Translations under genes and position numbers: made by a program
Notes under the pieces: generated by a model
Database searches by the model: none
What the model was told of the DNA's origin: nothing
Seen by the model: only the letters and a program-made list of their open reading frames with translations
Part shown: piece after piece, positions 60,966 to 64,000 of the stretch
Numbering within the stretch: position 1 is the stretch's first letter
How the letters are laid out: each line of letters opens with the position of its first letter
NCBI GenBank assembly: GCA_963695555.1
Contig: CAVOGR010000012.1
Span: 1 to 64,000 of the forward strand
DNA: 64,000 bases
Reading direction: 5' to 3'
DNA from: an uncultured Gemmatimonadales bacterium
GTDB lineage: Bacteria > Gemmatimonadota > Gemmatimonadetes > Gemmatimonadales > GWC2-71-9

Positions 60966-61052
60966 CTAATCTCACGCGGGCACTCTCAACCCTGAGGGTG
61001 CTGGCCACTCGGAGGACCCACCGGCGATCGTGCGAGCCGAAGGCAGGCGAAG

Positions 61053-61346
61053 ATGAGCAACCCGTGGACCCCACAACCGAACGACGAAGAGGACGACGTC
61101 CTGTTTTCATCCGGCGGCAGTGACGAAGCCTGGCGGGGCGATCTGCACCTGGAAGACGACGAGAGCTGGAGAATCGACGTGGAAGAGGAAAGCACGGGGT
61201 TCTACGACGACTTCGAGGACGACGCCGGTGTCGTCGAAACCGAGGAGGATTGGGGTGCCGAGGAGGAGGCCGCCGACTGGCCGGAGTGGCTGTCCGATCC
61301 GGAGTACTGGCTGTATGAGGACCGCGACGAGGGAGAGGCTGCCTAA
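61053..61346 (+). CDS. Small, highly acidic, Trp-rich hypothetical protein
   Basis: 97 aa; by my count 37 D/E and 7 W; coding-like codon pattern. Confidence 0.7.
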   Translation: MSNPWTPQPNDEEDDVLFSSGGSDEAWRGDLHLEDDESWRIDVEEESTGFYDDFEDDAGVVETEEDWGAEEEAADWPEWLSDPEYWLYEDRDEGEAA

Positions 61347-61526
61347 CAACCCTCAGCGAGAACCTCGTTCCAGAGCGCACGTCCGCATAGCCCGCCACTG
61401 CCCGATTCGTGAAATATCCTGCACGCCGACCTATGACTCGTAGGTGCCTTCGAGCATATCGTCCGTGATCTCAGCCAAAGCAGACCGACTCCACTCGACC
61501 ATCGCATGCGGGCTCGTGGTCCATGG

Positions 61527-62438
61527 CTAGTGCTCCGCGGTCGGTCGGCAAATCAGCACGGGCACGGTCGCGCCGCGCAGTATCTTGTCGGCGACGCTTC
61601 CGAGCAGGAAGCGGCGGACGCCTGATTCTCCATGGCTCGCGATGGCCACCATACCGGCGTCGTTCTCCTCGACGAGACCGAGAATCGTCGTCGCGGTGTC
61701 TCCTCCAGACGCGATTCGGGTGATCACAGCCAGGCCCTTCTGCCGCAGGACACCCGCGAGGGCACCGAGATAGGCTTCCGCTTGCGATTCCAACTGCTTG
61801 GCAACTTCCTCGTCATACCCGACAACGTACGGTAAGGGCGGCTCCGCAATCGGGAGAGGCGGGTGGACCACGTGCAGCAGCACCAACTCCGCTTGGAACA
61901 TCGCGGCCAGGTCTCCGGCAGGGCCGAGCACCGTCTCCCCGAAGCCCGAGCGATCGAGGGCTACCGCAATCCGAGCCGGGACGGGCGCCGGCCCAGCGGA
62001 GGTGTCATCGGGGTCCGTCCGGATCAGGACCATCGGGATCGGCAGCGACCGAACCAGCCGGTCAGCGACACTTCCCATCCAGAATCGGTTGAAGGCACCT
62101 CGCCCATGGGTGCTCATCACGATGAGGTCCGGCCGCGTGTCGAGGACGTGCGTGCTGATGGCCTCGGCCACCGGCCCTTCGAGCAACGACGTGGTCGTCT
62201 TGATGACCTGACCCGGAACCAACCGCCCGGGCGCCTGACCCAGATATGCCTGCGCCGCCTTCCGAGAGGCCTCGGCATAGGCAGTAAACCCCTCGGGAAT
62301 ACCGCCGGGCACGGCTGAGTGATGGACCAGGACGAATTCGAGCCCGGCGCCCGAGCGCTCGGCGATGGCTCGCGCAAGAGGTACGGCGGCTTCGGCGGAG
62401 TGCGAGCCATCGAGCGGAACGAGAATCGTGCGATACAC
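61527..62438 (-). CDS. Universal stress protein (tandem USP domains)
   Basis: ILVPLDGS, IVMSTHGRG...GSVAD, ASHGESG...GSVAD. Confidence 0.93.
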   Translation of the reverse strand: MYRTILVPLDGSHSAEAAVPLARAIAERSGAGLEFVLVHHSAVPGGIPEGFTAYAEASRKAAQAYLGQAPGRLVPGQVIKTTTSLLEGPVAEAISTHVLDTRPDLIVMSTHGRGAFNRFWMGSVADRLVRSLPIPMVLIRTDPDDTSAGPAPVPARIAVALDRSGFGETVLGPAGDLAAMFQAELVLLHVVHPPLPIAEPPLPYVVGYDEEVAKQLESQAEAYLGALAGVLRQKGLAVITRIASGGDTATTILGLVEENDAGMVAIASHGESGVRRFLLGSVADKILRGATVPVLICRPTAEH

Positions 62439-62654
62439 CAGTACCTCCTCAGCTCCGAATCGGCCTTGCGGCGAAGGAGCCCTTTAGAAATGTCGGCTGC
62501 GCAGTGTGAAGGACCTGTGAAGCCCTCGCGAACCTCCCTTGCGCACCCCAATCTTCCATATTTCTTCCACTGGCGTTCATGCACGGAGTCCTACTGTAGG
62601 CGGGTCATGAGGCAAGCCAACTCACCGCCGGCACAACAGAGGAGGTACGATTCC

Positions 62655-63848
62655 ATGCCGCGTCGTGTGTTCCAGGGGTCCACGCTGGCCGTGCTCGGTA
62701 TCCTGCTCGCATTCCCGGTGCGGAATGCTGACGCCATTCCCGTCTTTGCCCGGCGATACAAGGTCAGCTGCCAGCTGTGCCACAACGTCATCCCGGCACT
62801 CACCGCCTTTGGGGAGACCTTTGCGGGCAACGGCTTCCGCATGGCGCCGCGCGAGGAAAGCCCGGGTCTCCTCGCCACGGGCGACAGCGCGCTGTCGCTC
62901 CTCGAGCAATTTCCCTTGGCCGCACGCTTGGACGCCTACGTCCAGGGGTTCGCCAATGGCAACGCGGTGACCGATTTCGAGACCCCGTACGGCCTCAAGA
63001 TCCTGTCGAGCGGGGCGATCTCGAAATCGATTTCCTATTACTTCTATGCCTTCCTGTTTGAGCGCGGCGAAGTCGGCGGTGTCGAGGACGCGTTCCTTTA
63101 CGTGGATGACATCAAGGGAGCCAAGCTCGACCTCGCAGTAGGCCAGTTTCAGATCTCCGACCCCATTTTTAAGCGGGAGCTTCGGCTGGAGTTCGAGGAT
63201 TATGCCGTGTACCGTGCCCGCGTCGGCGATTCTCCGGTCGACCTCACCTACGACCGCGGCATCATGGCCATTGCCGACATCGCCGGCTTTACGGTGACCG
63301 GCGAAATCGTCAACGGAAACGGGAAGGGCGAAGCACTCCCCAACCGTCGATTCGATGGCGATGGCGGCAAGGATGTGCTGCTGCACGTGTCGCGGGACGT
63401 GACCGAGGGCCTTCGGCTCGGGGCGTTTGGATACTACGGCCGGGCGCGGAGCGGGGGGTTCCGGAACGAGACGAGCATGTTCGGCGCGGACGGTACCGTG
63501 ACGCACGGCGCCCTGGAATTCAACGTCCAGTACATTCACCGCGAGGACGATCGCCCGACCTTTGCGCTGTCAGAGCCGCGCGCCAAGCTGGACGGAGGGT
63601 TCGGCGAGCTTCTGGTTCGCCCGCCAGGGAGCCCGTGGTACGGATTCGCCCTCTACAACCTGGTGTCTACCAATCGTCCCCTGCTCGACGTGAGACTCGG
63701 TGGACCGGCCAACGTCGATCGATACGAGGCCGTGTCGGCGGGGGTCGGGCGCTTGATCCAACGCAACCTGCGGGTGACAACCGAGCTCACCTACGATATC
63801 GAACTGGAGGAAGGTCGATGGACACTCGGATTCGTAACTGCCTTCTGA
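62655..63848 (+). CDS. Cyc2-like monoheme cytochrome c-porin fusion
   Basis: Signal peptide, then AIPVFARRY-KVS-CQLCH-NVI-PAL-TAFGETF..NGF, then a beta-barrel-like region ending in Phe. Confidence 0.78.
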   Translation: MPRRVFQGSTLAVLGILLAFPVRNADAIPVFARRYKVSCQLCHNVIPALTAFGETFAGNGFRMAPREESPGLLATGDSALSLLEQFPLAARLDAYVQGFANGNAVTDFETPYGLKILSSGAISKSISYYFYAFLFERGEVGGVEDAFLYVDDIKGAKLDLAVGQFQISDPIFKRELRLEFEDYAVYRARVGDSPVDLTYDRGIMAIADIAGFTVTGEIVNGNGKGEALPNRRFDGDGGKDVLLHVSRDVTEGLRLGAFGYYGRARSGGFRNETSMFGADGTVTHGALEFNVQYIHREDDRPTFALSEPRAKLDGGFGELLVRPPGSPWYGFALYNLVSTNRPLLDVRLGGPANVDRYEAVSAGVGRLIQRNLRVTTELTYDIELEEGRWTLGFVTAF

Positions 63849-64000
63849 CCGTTGCCGCCTTGGTGTGCTTGGCCCCAGCCCTTGCGGCCCAGGAAAAGAC
63901 GGTCGAGACCCCGAAGGACGTGACGCCGGAGACGATCGCCGCGGGAAAGAAGCTGTTCGGCGGTACGGGCCTGTGCAGTGCGTGTCACGGAGCAAAGGCG
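63818..64000 (+). CDS. Periplasmic cytochrome c (partial, runs off the window)
   Basis: GGAGG SD, ATG 63818, signal peptide (..PALAA), IAAGKKLF..GLCSACHG. Not in the supplied ORF track. Confidence 0.85.
   Translation, partial: MDTRIRNCLLTVAALVCLAPALAAQEKTVETPKDVTPETIAAGKKLFGGTGLCSACHGAKA

Noticed and set aside
60548..61500. tRNA-Pro as integration site for an island
   Set aside because: No integrase and no duplicated tRNA 3' end was seen in the window.

Overview
GC-rich bacterial chromosomal segment. Gene content and style (many Ser/Thr kinases, DUF4097/ECF module, TIGR03545/6 pair) suggest Gemmatimonadota, which is inference only. It is mostly housekeeping and metabolic: gltA, acnA, pntAB, thrBC, speA plus aguBA, hutUI, cyoE, infA, csp, ettA, a sigma70 factor, an ABC transporter and tRNA-Pro. 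The first ~6 kb is heavily frameshifted and has apparent internal deletions, probably from poor long-read consensus; acnA and hutU each carry a single homopolymer frameshift. No CRISPR array, rRNA, transposase or prophage was seen. Main observations: (1) an exported peroxiredoxin whose catalytic Cys codon is an in-frame UGA followed by a SECIS-like hairpin, a likely selenoprotein; (2) an unannotated ~110-nt candidate sRNA with its own sigma70 promoter and terminator, divergent from speA, which appears to start at ATC; (3) a signalling cluster of a degenerate HD protein, a GAF-like GGDEF cyclase and a JAK-like pseudokinase-kinase tandem; (4) a Cyc2-like cytochrome-porin fusion followed by a periplasmic cytochrome c; (5) a very acidic Trp-rich small protein behind a sigma54-like promoter.
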